Of a DNA stretch of 64,000 bases, positions 13,958 through 27,841 are shown one piece after another. Position 1 is the stretch's first letter. Each line of letters opens with the position of its first letter. The notes under the pieces are model-generated. The model saw only the letters and a program-made list of their open reading frames with translations, ran no database searches and was not told where the DNA came from. The stretch lies in NCBI RefSeq assembly GCF_009914755.1, contig NC_060942.1, one strand, 5' to 3'. The position numbers and the translations under genes are program-made. This stretch comes from the human T2T-CHM13v2.0 reference genome, Homo sapiens.

Positions 13958-16254
13958 CTTAAGAGATACAACTTAACTTCTCTAAGCCTCAGTTTTTACT
14001 TTTATGAAATGACGCAAATAACTATTGCCCTGTCTTATTGGTTTGCTATCAAGATAAATGAGATAATATAGAGACATTTTACAATTCTTTTGTAAAAATT
14101 TTTTGTAATGTAGACATTGCAGTATTTTGTAAACTACTACACATTATATAAGTACCAGGGACTACCAAGAGCAATAATTCCTTACGAAAAAGCCTGTGTA
14201 ATGAATCAGGGTGGTAAACATAACTTTCAGGCTACTCTGGCATAAGGTTTCAATGTGCCAAACAAAACTAAGAGATGCAGACTTACCTTCGAAGTCCTTC
14301 AATGCTTTCCATTAGTATAAATTTGAAATGCCAAGCACGCCAAGCCATCTGCCAGGCTCCATGATGGATGAACCCCTCCAGGAGCTGGATGATGTTCTGT
14401 GAGCATGCTCAAAGGATGAAGCAAGCTATCACTCTATTCTCAGAGGTCAGCCTGGCTGGGAATCTGAAAGCCTGTGGTATTAGCATCCACCTAACTTGTG
14501 AACTTACCAATGTAGCATTGGCAGTAAACAGCCAGCCATATCTGGACCCAGGGTTTGTGGTCACTGTTAATTGTCAAAACAATGACAATTTTCCAACCTA
14601 CTAAATAAATATAAAAATTGAGCCTAAATCAGAAAAGACTAATGTTCCTAAACTAGGAATTGCTTCTCATTTCCAATCTTTGCTAGAATTACATCTGACT
14701 TTTCTGGAAGCACAAGAAATCTCAAATCTCAAACTCTCAGTCTGTGAGGCTGAGATAAGTAAAGACAGAATAAAGTCTGCCTACCCTTAAAGCAAAGATG
14801 CCCTGAGATTCTTACTCCCAGCTAGTGCAATGGTAGGCCAAAGGGCAGAGCTTCAAGAAACAAATTTAAAGTCCCCAAACACAGCCACACTCAGAAGCAA
14901 GGGACAGAGAGTCAATCAAGTGTGTCTACCATCCAGTCTTATATTCTGACATATTATCTCACCTTTGACAGTTTACAACCTGATACTATCAAAACAATTG
15001 TTCTTCAAGCGTTTCCAGCCTCAGAATTTGTTTGCATGCTATTTCTCTGCCAGAAAATGCTTACATGGCTCATACGGTCCCCATTCTATCTGGCAAACTC
15101 CTACTCCTCCTTCAAGAGTCAGCTAATGTCATCTCCTCTGGGAATCTATCTCTGATACCCCCTACAATGTTTGGACCTGTTTATAAGACCTCTTTATGTT
15201 AGAACTGCCTGCTTCTGTATGTGGCTTTCCATTTGACTGACATCTTTTAACCACATCTCTTAACATAGTTGAATTTGTTGGAGGGAACCTTCGTTCATTG
15301 CTCTTCCTTGTTCTGCATGAACAAGGGGGGACCTCCACTGGAGTGACTCTCCTGGCCTCTCTCTATCACCCCTCAACCCATTCCTCCTGATTGGCAGGTG
15401 AGTTAGAATAAAACAGCCATGCTCTGTTCTTCTCCTATCTCATTCTCTTTTCTTTGTGATCTGCATACAAGATGAGACTGTATGTATTGTTCCTCTTTAC
15501 TGTGCAATAGCAGAAGACTTGCCCCATGGTTTCCTAGGGCTGCCAGTTGCATTGGGGAAGGGGATATATTAGCAAACTCACTTGACAAACCTCAGCCACA
15601 ACCTCCAAATAACTTTAAAGTTATTATAAAACATTATTTTATCTCCAGCTATCAGACCTCCATGTTCATATCAATTAGTTCCAAACACAGATAGGGAAAC
15701 AGGATTGTTTATTAGTCTCCGAAAACTCGTATATAGTCATCAGATACTTAATAAATAAATGGATCTCAATTCAACACTAGAGCCATAGACAGAAGAAAAA
15801 ATGTAAGTCAGGAAAGCATAAGCAGCTTAAAATAGAACAGTTGTAAAATATAGGCAGGCTGGATGTTATGCCAACAAAGACCTTGAAGAGAAGATGAGGG
15901 ACAACAATAACCTTTGTTACTGACTTCTATTCCTGTCCTCTCTTTCAGGAAAAGGCTGGGTGTTACCCATTTTTTGGGTCTCCCAAATTAGCACCAATAG
16001 TAGACATGCAAATAGCTGTTTAATTAGTAAGTAATAGCCCGTGCACATGCACAGGTTCATACTGGGAGGAGGAGAGCATAGGTACAAGTTAAAGAGTTTC
16101 TTATGACAGCTGGGCTGAGAAATCAAGTATAAAGTGATGTGTATGATATCAAACAAGCCAGAAAACTACATCCTATGAAAGCAGCCCTGATGGAGCCTTG
16201 ACAATGATGGTAAGAGAAGGGCTTTTCTAAAGGCAAATGGAGTGTTACTACTAT

Positions 16255-16440
16255 GGACTAGCTGATAAGATGTGGGTTAAGCCACTGAATTGCCTGGCTC
16301 AAATCCTTCTAAGCCTCAGTGTCCTCATTCATGAAAGGAAGTTGGTGAAACTGCTGATGTCAGGGGATTTTTGTGAGAATCAAATAACCGAATTCATGTA
16401 AAGATATTAGTTCATGCTTTTCACATAGGAAGTGCCAGAT
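16255..16440 (+). mobile_element. MIR SINE
   Basis: ctaagcctcagtgtcctcattcatgaaa...ttgtgagaatcaaataa. Confidence 0.6.
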
Positions 16441-17553
16441 ACCTGCTGGAGCTAGAGTAGCAAGAGCAAGAGTAGCAATAGCAGTAGCTTCATTCCAGCA
16501 TTCACACTTAGGAGAACACAGATGTAACATGAAAAAGAAATAATTTCAAGGCAAGGAGATGGTACAGATAATTTAACAGGATAGAGGTAGATCTATTAGC
16601 TAATCAAAAATCTGTAATTTTTTACCCTACCACAGAATAAACTGAGCTGTGCCTTATATTTTACAACTTACACAGTTTATTTTTATATTATTGACGTTTC
16701 TATCACATTTCCTGACAATTTCAAATTTCCTCATCAGAAACATTTGGATATTATATTAGGAGGACCCCAGAGCCTCCATCTTCCATAATGTACATTTTCC
16801 TTCTGATGCTGATCTCAGGTCAGAAACATGCAGGTCTGTTATACTGGGTTGGAGTTGCAGTCAATAGTCACCAAATATTAAATTCTAATTTTTACTCATT
16901 CACATTATCTACAAAAATAAAAAACTAAGAAACTTGTATTTTTTCTAATTTTCTTCCTATCTTTCACATGCCACAATAATTATCTGACTCAGTTCCCCAC
17001 TAAAGAAATTTCACATGCAGAGTTCTGCTATGCTTGAATTCAAAACCATCGATGCTCAGTTTTTAAAAATCTATTCCATAGTAAATGCATCTAAACAGTT
17101 TTAGATTTTTCTGGAAAGGAAAATCACAATTGCCTTTCCCAAAGCCACTATTTGAATTGGTAGCCTGTAGCTTGCAAGGCAGGCACCCACACTTAAAAAT
17201 CCTGCAAGCTGCTATCTATAAGATACGTCCTCAAGTTGTAAACACCTATTTTCTTAATGCCCCCCTCCTCATATCCCCTAGGCAACCTATAAAGAAAAAG
17301 TTTAACAGATTTAGTAAAATAAAAACTTGCTTCCAAATTTACATCCTATCTTCCCACACACCTAACGAAAAAAGTAATAAAGATTTCATACTGAATGAGC
17401 TAAAGCCAGCATCTTAACCAAATATTTCCCCATCTACATTCAAAAAAGGAGAAGAAAATGCCAAATGTTAAGTGCATATATTAAATATTTTTAATTTTTT
17501 TGAAAGATCAAATAATGTAATAACTACATTAACACAAGTTTAGTAAAATTCTC

Positions 17554-17890
<337 letters not shown>

Positions 17891-19580
17891 TCACATATGT
17901 AAGGATTGCTCCCCTCTGCCCACTTGCCAAGTTTAGAAGAACTTCCTGTTGCCAATGTGCACACACAACCACAAATTTTCAGGACACTTCTTCATAAATA
18001 GACTATACTATCTGTGCTTATTGTCGCTAATTTTTGTTGCAATTTCAGCGGCGTAGTTTCTTATTACAAGTCTTTCGTTCACCATAAAGTCTCATTAGAG
18101 CAAACAGAGCTGTTAGTGACTGAAATGTCTTTGCATACACTGAAAATATAAAGTCATAACCAACTTTACTCATGATTCTCCTACAAACATAAAAACTTAC
18201 AGGTCAGGTATATTTTATTTTCTCCAACCTGGTCTACTAAAAATAAATTACAGATCTATTCCCCATCTGCAATTTATTTACACACTCAGGAGGCCAGCCA
18301 ATTAAAGTTGGAGGGTGTCATTTTGCAGCCTTTGGGGAATTGGAACTTCTCTTTATTTGCATTGCTTCTTTGTAACAATTCAGACAGACTCAGGCATTCA
18401 ATCATTAGAAGCTTGAATGAGAAAAGGTAACATGGACATTTTTTATGGCCAAAGTTAGAGGAATTGAAAACAAATAACACATTGTCATCTAAAGTATTCA
18501 TTTTTAAAACAGAGCGCACTATGGTATGTTCTTAGCACATACCTCATTATTGATTTTCATTCATTTACAAAATCTTTGGGTAAGAAGGAGCAGGAAAGGT
18601 ATTCCTGCCCAACTACTACCTGATGCCTTGAAAATTTCTGTCCTATGTGGTACAGTCTGGTCTATATTCTAATAAATTATTTTTATAATCAGTGAGGAAT
18701 CAAGATTTTACAATTTATATTCAACTATGTGTTGTTGTTTAGTAATATATTTATTTTATTTTAACCCTGGAAAACAGTATTTTTAAAACTTCATAATTTC
18801 TGCTTTTAATTCCTTCAACTCTTTCATCCACTGGGCATTAATTTATCATTTTTTAAAAATGTCTTTAGCATACTGTCTTGAAATGCAGTTAAGTCAAATA
18901 AGCATTTTGTTTGTTTCTTTATTAGCAAACTGATTAAAATGCTGAGGACTAAAGAAGGTAAAAAAGTAATTTTATATAAGACAGAATCTTGTGTGGTAAA
19001 TTTTTGTCCTAAAACAAAATGACTGGGTTTTTCAAGAAAGAGGAATATTTAAGACAAAACAAAATTTAAGCACATTGTGAATGGTCTGTGTAAGTTGTAA
19101 TAAAGTTAGCAAAAGGAATTTTTAAAGGGGTTGTATAGTTCAATCGGCTATAATTAAAAGGAAATTATTATAATCTTTCTAAAGATAGGTCTTTAATATT
19201 TTTAAAAATTCACTAATACATAAGTAAATAATTGGTTAAAACAAGATTTTATTATAAATATTCACTTATTTTTAATGCAAAAACTTTTTAAATTTTTAAA
19301 TTCTATAATGCCTTTTTAACAATTTTCAGATTGATATCTTAAAAGTGCCGCTCTTTCTCTATTGAAAAGGCCTTGAATGATGACTCTCTCCTTCACCTTT
19401 TGTTGGCTCCTATAACTTTTACTAATTGTCTAATATAAGGAAAATTTATTTTTGGAAAACAGGCAAATAAAGTATCTTTTGGACATGCTTTTTGTTCTGC
19501 ATGCCAGTTATATTCCTATCCTTATATGTATCATGTGGAAGTGATAGTTCACCACCAAATTACATGAAAAAGCTCCAATC

Positions 19581-20070
<490 letters not shown>

Positions 20071-20468
20071 TCAGATTTGTAGAAGCTAGCTCCGATGTCT
20101 TTTAATTCAATGCCTTGGTAAGCTTTGGTAAAATTAATTTGGTAAATTTAGTCTCAGAACTCTCCAGGAATTTAAAAATCTCAGTCATGTTCAAAACCTC
20201 AGAGTTTCCCCCTGCCCAACCACTGGAAATTTGGGTCACTAAAAAGTTAAAATAGTAGAAGCATAAAATATGCTTTTGTCAAAATTTTATAAACACAAAG
20301 ATGTCAATTCTCAAAAAAAAGTAAGTTTTTTTTTTTTTTTGGTTAAGAAACTATTTAAGAGTTGCTTTATAATGAAGGAAATCATACAGATAAAACTAAA
20401 TAAATTTAAAAAAAAAAACAAGCAAGGGCAACGAAAGTCTGAGCCCTATGGTTAGCAAGAAAATAGTC

Positions 20469-20951
<483 letters not shown>

Positions 20952-21199
20952 TTAAAAAAAATCTTTAGTGGATTGTAAAAATAACCACTTTAAGGACAAA
21001 ATTCTTAATTTTAAGTGCTACAGAATTTAAGAGCTTTTTTTGGGGGGATTAATGCAGGACCCACAGCTCATTACTGAACAATCTCTGAGTATATGCGATC
21101 CAAATGCACAGAAGGTTGTTCCTGAGAAAGCAACCTGGCCCAATAAGGTCTGTTTCCCCCGAGAAGGGGACTGCCCAACTCTCCCTATAAAATACCAAG

Positions 21200-22000
21200 G
21201 GAAGCACCCCAGATGAAGCAGTTAATATGCTTCATATGCAAGCCATGCTGGACTAGCTTTATGATAACTGGAATATCCTCCCACCAAATATGCCTATAAC
21301 CCAAGTCACGGTAAATTGGGGGGTTAACCGGGGCCCCTTTACATGGGTGCCCCTCCCACAGAATTATAAGACTGCTTAAGAAGCCTTTTCAAATTTGCTA
21401 CCCCTCATAGGTCTTACGCATGCATCTCCCTGCTGGGAGCCCAACCATTTTCACCAGAAAAGGTAAAATGGTCTGGGGGTGAAAAAGGGTTCCTGAGACC
21501 AGAACATAAAAACATACAGGTTAATAGAATTATAAAATTTAAGATGTTTAAACAAGCTTTATGTAAGGTATCTGTAACCCCTTTACCTAAAAGTCTTATG
21601 AAAATGGGTACTGTATGTAACTAAGGGGGTGTTTCCTCTGTCTAATACTATAAACCGAAGGCATATGAATCTGTTCTTTCAAGAAATACTTAATTGCACA
21701 TGCTAAATGGGAACTAATAAATTGTCTAAGCCTGCAAAATATAGGGTAAAAGCTGGAGTGCTAGTCAGGATGACCCCTCCACTGCATAGCCCTTTATGTG
21801 GAGCTTTTACTGGGGATGATGGCAAAAACTGTAAGTACCTTTCAATGGCAATGACTGAACTAGAGAATTTCTGCTTGATGGGACATTGACTGCCTTGCTT
21901 TGGAATATTAACTGAAGCTACCCGCATCTTAATGGAAATAATGTTTTCCAAACGAGTTCCAGCATAAAAAAAAATGGTCTACATAAAATCTTGCTACCTA
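21200..22000 (+). pseudogene. decayed retroviral gag-pro-pol remnants (ERV-L/class III-like motifs)
   Basis: Manual translation: STPDEAVNMLHMQAMLD*LYD (21204), VSVTPLPKSLMKMG (about 21568), IAHAKWEL (21693), KAGVLVRMTPPLHSPL, LPCFGILTEAT, with stops and frameshifts. Confidence 0.55.
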
Positions 22001-23401
22001 ATAAACAGAGAGCCTCTTTCCTAGGACTAATTGTGAGGAGCTGCTAAATTCTCCAGTGCCTAGTAGCTCTCATGAGCTGTTTGGTTTGTAAATGGCATTT
22101 CCAAGGTAGACATCTTGTTTGAAAAGCTCTGGTTAAAGAAGGATCAAGAAAATCTTTTTCTTTTACATTACTTGGGTAAAGTATGTTTTTGTAAGCAAAT
22201 TTACCTTTCTGAGTTCCCCAAAATTCAGATTGTAATTTTATGACATTATAGTTGTCTGCATAAGTTCAGTAATAGTTTAAAAAATTCATTTCAAAGGAAA
22301 AGCATAACATTAATACCAGATTAAATTATTCCTTGGCTACAATAATCCTCTAGAAAGTACCAGATTATAATTTTTCTTTATATTTTTAGTTGGTGCCGTA
22401 ATGGAATACGTTCCTTTTTCTCTTCTGACATACAAATTACACTTATAATTGTCAAGCGATAAATGTTATTTATCTCTCCTTGTTTTACTTCCAAGAAAAC
22501 AAAAATCATGGTATTCTGAAGACCAGAGATATGAATCTCCCTCATCTGGCATCTCACTGGGCCTGGGTCTGTTTCACTGCTAATGCTCTGCTTTTAAAAC
22601 TACACAAGCTGCCTCCCTCTAGGCCCAGGGACTATCACAGAAGAGGTGGGTGCAAAAGATCATAAGGGCTGGTTTTGAGGGATAAAATTAGGTCAAGGTC
22701 AAACCCTCCAAATCAAGAAAGGGGTACAAAAATGCGTTAAACAGCTGGTAAAACAAGATTAGTTGTCTTCTAAATTATTACGTGTCACTTTTGCATCCAC
22801 CCCCACCATAAAAATTGTTTGCTTACTATAGAATTAAAGGAAATTCTTTACTAACAGGATGAAAATACCTTGTAACAAAGCCTCCTGGGTATAATACGCC
22901 CAAATATGAGTTGTGAAGACAAATCTATCTATATATTTTTAAATTATTTTTCAGAACAATGCGTATGTTTTATATAGCTAATTATTAAAAGTATGTAACA
23001 AAAACCAAGCTGACAGTGGCTCCACATATACAAGTTAAAAGTAAGTCAGTCTTGGAACTTTGCCTTTTGGTTTTGTCGTTGGCCTTCTTTACTTAAAATA
23101 ATAATTATAAGAAGTAATGAACGCCTGTCCACATCCATTTTTATCTGGCCTAGCACAATTAATTGGCTATGAGTCTTTCGACTCTTAAGGCCCTCGGCCA
23201 TAGGAAGTTCTGCCGAGGGAAAAAAACAAAATGACACTGTAGAATCATATGACTTCTCCTGTGACAAAGTCTCCTTTTATCTCTCAAGTATATGGTGCAA
23301 TATAGAAGTGGTGGGAAAAATAGATTTGTCTACTGTTAACAAGTCTCTAACAATTTAGACACTGAGGACCAGGCAGGGTATTTCTTGCATTTGATTTATA
23401 C

Positions 23402-23795
23402 CCTCCTCAGGATGTTATACCTATGGAGATAAATTGGCCAGAAGACAGATTAAATTTATTGGATTCTGATTTAATGTCAGTCCTACAATCTTCAAATAAG
23501 ACTTATTATAAAGTTCAAATGGCCCTTGATAAAGAGGGTAAACACAGTGAGTCCGATCAAAGAATGTAACAATGCACGCAGTGGTATTTTGGCTCATTAG
23601 GTTGTTTACTGCCCTGTGACTCTACCTATAACCTTCTTGGATGCCTAATCTTCACTATCTTTAATGATATTCATCACTGTGTTAGTATTGTATAGCTCTT
23701 GTAAATGTTATGCCAGATACAGCAAAAGGAAAAAGGCACGATTGAAAGCCCGGATCATGATAGCTTGCAAAATGGATCTGATCTGGGATGTTTAG
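23402..23795 (+). pseudogene. decayed env-like C-terminal remnant (TM plus basic tail)
   Basis: PPQDVIPMEINWPEDRLNLLDSDLMSVLQSSNKTYYKVQMALDKE..., then SLSLMIFITVLVLYSSCKCYARYSKRKKARLKARIMIA...*, lying just upstream of the PPT/LTR. Confidence 0.45.
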
Positions 23796-24069
23796 ACCAA
23801 ACCCTAGTCCTGACTCCATCTCATACCTTAAACAGTGGGCTATTACATCAAGTCAGACTGTGTTCTCCCCACCGTGATCCAAACTGCTAATATTTAAAAC
23901 TATTACCACCAACCAGACTACTCTAGGAATGAGCCTTCCTGGCGCTGTAGGACCTTGCCAAATGACCAAATCGGATAACTCTGGGAATGAGCCTTCCTAG
24001 AGGAACCTGCTGTTGTTTGTTGGCCCACATATGCATTCTATGGAATGCTTTTTGACCAAGAGGGGGTAC

Positions 24070-24806
24070 TGAGGACTAACCTCTGGTTTTTTATTTTGCC
24101 TAAATTCCTATCAAAGGGGTCTGGGGAGTCATGCCCTACAAACCACAAATTATCATCAGATAAGGTTTAATTTAACCCTATCTATTGTGACTTACTTTCC
24201 AACCTAACTCTGGCGTAACATTCCGAGACAAGGAAGAAAATCAAAATATTTTACCCCAAAACATGTTTCTTTGCCATATTTTGAAATGGCCCTGCAAAGC
24301 TGTTCTTTGTGGGGGGACAATTTGCATCTGTAAAGCATCTCTGTTAACATAACCAGATCTTTTTCTTCCAGACCCTCCCAATCTTAAAGAAATGAACTAA
24401 GATCTGAATAGAAAACATTTGTCATCTATTGTCTCTAAGGGCAGCCACTATAAGACTTCAAAAGACTTTGGTCTCCACAATCTTTATCTTAACCTGAACG
24501 TTCCCTTTCTATCAATCCCAGGTCTTTAGACAAACTCAACCAATTGCCAACCAGAAAATGTTTAAATTCACCTATAGCCTGGAAGCCCCTGCTTTGAGTT
24601 GTCCCAACTTTCTGCACCAAACCAATGTATTTATTAAATGTATTTGATTGATGTCTCATGCCCCTCTAAAATGTATAAAACCAAGCTGCACCCTGACCAT
24701 CTTGGGCACATGTTCTCAGGACTGTGTCATGGGCCATGGTCACTGATATTTGGCTCAGAATAAACCTCTTCAAAAATTTTACAGAGTTTGTATCTTTTTG
24801 TTGACA
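24070..24806 (+). mobile_element. MER4-family LTR (MER4E-like), 3' LTR of the provirus
   Basis: tgaggactaa...ggggtctggggagtcatgccctacaaacc start, cagaataaacctcttc...ttgaca end, preceded by PPT. Confidence 0.85.
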
Positions 24807-25007
24807 ATATGCACTATTCCAATCTTCATTAATATTTTTTCAAGAATAAACATGTTTTCATTGTGCTCACAAAAAAAGAATATTTCAATAATCATTATAT
24901 AAAATGTGGCAATCTAATGGCAAATAGTTACCACTAAATTTATTACAGTAATGATTATAGATTTAGTTTACATGAACAGTGTTACCTTGAGCTCACCCTC
25001 CTTTTCT

Positions 25008-25566
25008 TGTTATAACCACAATGGGTTTGTTGCCTGATGCATGGCAAGTCAATACATTGAGACAGTGTGTTGCAGCAGAAAAAGGGGTTTAATCATAAGG
25101 CTGCCAAATGAGAAGACAGGAGGAAACCTCAAATCCACCTCCTCTGGGAGTTTGGGGCTAGGGATTTTAAGGGGTTTGGACCAATAGGGGACCAGAGGTG
25201 TGGAGATCCTTGATTGGTCAAAGAGTGTGGGGTGAAGTCACCAGACAAGGAGATGAAGACCCTGTATTCTCATGCTGATCCTGTTCCTTCGTGGGGGTCT
25301 TCGAATAGTTAGAGTCAGCTGTTCCACTGGAATTTAGGATCTGAAAAACATCCTAAGCAATTCTTAAAATCCTCATGATTCTAACATCAGAGATCCTATC
25401 TATAGGAACAAATGGTCAGTATGTAGTGCTAGGTGACTTTCCCTTCACTTAGCAAGCAGCCACGAGGAGGTGGACCAACATGCAGCCTGATGAATGCTTA
25501 ATTATAACTATATTTTTGTCCAGGACCCAGCATGTAATTCTTGTTAACCCTGTGTGGGTGGTTTCC
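25008..25566 (-). mobile_element. ERV1 solo LTR (LTR26/LTR8-like group, subfamily uncertain), copy A
   Basis: Colinear similarity to 27842-28386 (ggaggaaacctcaaatcc, ctgtattctcatgctgat, cctcatgattctaa). Confidence 0.75.
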
Positions 25567-26304
25567 CTTCCACTATCTTTGATTATATGTCCCCTCCCTT
25601 TATGGTTCTCCACTTACATGCAGGTAACAATTAATTAGCAGGTGAGTTATTTTAAATACAAACTTTTTTCCTAGAGGGTGAAATGGCTACAATTCTAGGT
25701 TCAGAGAGGTTGCCCTCCATTTAAAATATCCCTTAATCATCTAGAATTTCACACACACTGATCATTTATGTCTAAGTGATAACAATTCATCACTGGCATC
25801 CGCAGAAGCTGAAAGAATCTTAGATTTTTCATTGATTTGATAAATATTTATTTGGTTCCCATTTCATTCCAGATGCTGTGCTAGGCATCTGTGTTACAAA
25901 GAAAAATTAAACATAGTATCCAACATCAAATAACTCATTCAAATAGAGGAAGAGTAACACACTTAGGAAAACGCTAGCAGCATACACAGGTGATTCAAGG
26001 AACACAGAGCAGTTTGTCCACCTCCAACCAGGGGCAGTAAGAGGAAGTTGAGTCCACTGTACTGAGCTTCAAAGGATGAACTTAACTCAGCAAGGAAAAG
26101 TGGGGGAAAAGAGGTTTTTTATTATACAGAAATAGTGGGTCTCCTTTAGAGCTAGAAATACTGTTAGATATCATCTGTTTCAACCAACCTCCTAATTTTC
26201 CAGACGAAGAATGTAATATTTTTGAGGCATTTTCTCATTAATCCCCATTAATCTCAATAATCTCATTAATTATAATGTTTTTTAGAGATTTTAGAAGCCA
26301 AATA

Positions 26305-26400
26305 TTACGTTAATTTTTACAAACAGGGAAATCGTGGCACACATATCAAAAGTTATGTTAATTTTTACAGACAAGGACATTGAGGCATGCATATAGAAAG
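26305..26400. repeat. diverged 2 x 48-bp tandem duplication in a MIR-like core
   Basis: ttacgttaatttttacaaacagggaaatcgtggcacacatatcaaaag / ttatgttaatttttacagacaaggacattgaggcatgcatatagaaag. Confidence 0.8.
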
Positions 26401-26649
26401 TAACTTGCCAAAAGCCTTTAAAAAGTATTTGATGAATGCAAGTAGGTATCTCAGGTTGAAAGACTCTCACCCAACTATTAATGCTAAAACAAATATTATT
26501 TGTACATGAAAAAAAAGAAGACCGGGTTGAGAATTTGGAGCCCTGACATTATATGTTCTATGATTTTGAAAAGGCTCTTACATATTCTCACTTGTAAAAT
26601 GAGACAGTGGCATAAGACATCATAAAATTCTAGGGTCATGTTGTCAAAC

Positions 26650-27265
26650 TGTCAGAGGCATTTAAACCAGAGCAACTCCATCTTGAATAAGGACAGGGTA
26701 AAGTGAGGCTAAGACCTACTGGGCTGCATTCACAGGAGGTTAGGCACACTAAGTCACCAGATGAGATAGAATGTCAGCACAAGATACAGGTCACAAAGAC
26801 CTTGCTCACAAAACAGCTTGTGGTAAAGAACCCACCAAAACCAAGATGGCAATGAAAATGACCTTTGGTTTTCCTCACAGCTCATTATATGCTAATTATA
26901 GTGCATTAGCATGCTAAGACACTCCCACCAATGCCAGGACAGTTTACGAATGCCGCGGCAATGTCAGGAAGTTACCTTATATGGCCTAAAAAGGGGAGGA
27001 ACCTTCAGTTCCAGGAATTGCCCACCCCTTTCCAGGAAAACTCATGAATAATCCACTCCTTGTTTAGCATATAATCAAGAAATAACTATAAGTATACTTA
27101 GTTAAGCAGCCCATGCCACTGTTCTACCTATGGAGTAGCTATTTTTTATTCCTTTACATTCTTAATAAACTCGTTTTCACTTTATGGACTTGCCCTGAAT
27201 TCTTTCTTGCACAAGGTCCAAGAACGCTCTCTTGGGGTCTGGATAAGGATCCCTTTCCAGCAACA
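26650..27265 (+). mobile_element. MER41B-like ERV1 solo LTR
   Basis: tgtcagaggcatttaaaccagagcaactccatcttgaata start, ccctttccagcaaca end, 4-bp TSD AAAC. Confidence 0.9.
26966..27038 (+). promoter_or_regulatory. ETS + CArG + tandem GAS motifs inside MER41B
   Basis: caggaagt (26966), CCTTATATGG (26975-26984), TTCCAGGAA at 27009-27017 and 27030-27038; activity not shown. Confidence 0.55.
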
Positions 27266-27841
27266 AAACTGTATTAAAAATATCTGTTGCTTGAGTATGG
27301 TAAATATTCCAGAATTTGTCCCAAATCATCTGAGATTAAATATCTCCTTTCATTAAGTTTTTATTCCTTAAAATGTTTAATTCCATGCTTCTTCTTTCCT
27401 AGATGTGTCTCTTTTTCTTTTTCTTGAAACCAAGCTAAGTAGTCTGAGCTATGATTATTAAGCGTTTAGAAGATCCCCAACAAATGCATTCCATAATGAA
27501 AAAGCACTCTGAACATACCTGTAGCTACATAACTTAAAAGCACTAAAACCACATTTGTAAAATTTCAAACTTGAAGTCATAACAACCCACACAGAGAAAA
27601 GTAAAATCACCCCAAATGTGAAAGAAAGTGGCTAAATATTAATATGATAAGGCTTTAAATTATACATTTGAAAATTCACCAAAGAAATTTTTTTCTTCTC
27701 ACTTTGTAGAAAAGTCCTATTTAAGGTCATGTTTAGACAGGTTACCTCCACCAGACCCTAACTTCATGCATTATTTCCCCATCAATGTTTTTAGTCACCA
27801 CCTTCTTTTCCTATTTATTCACTAAATATCCTTTAAGTTCT

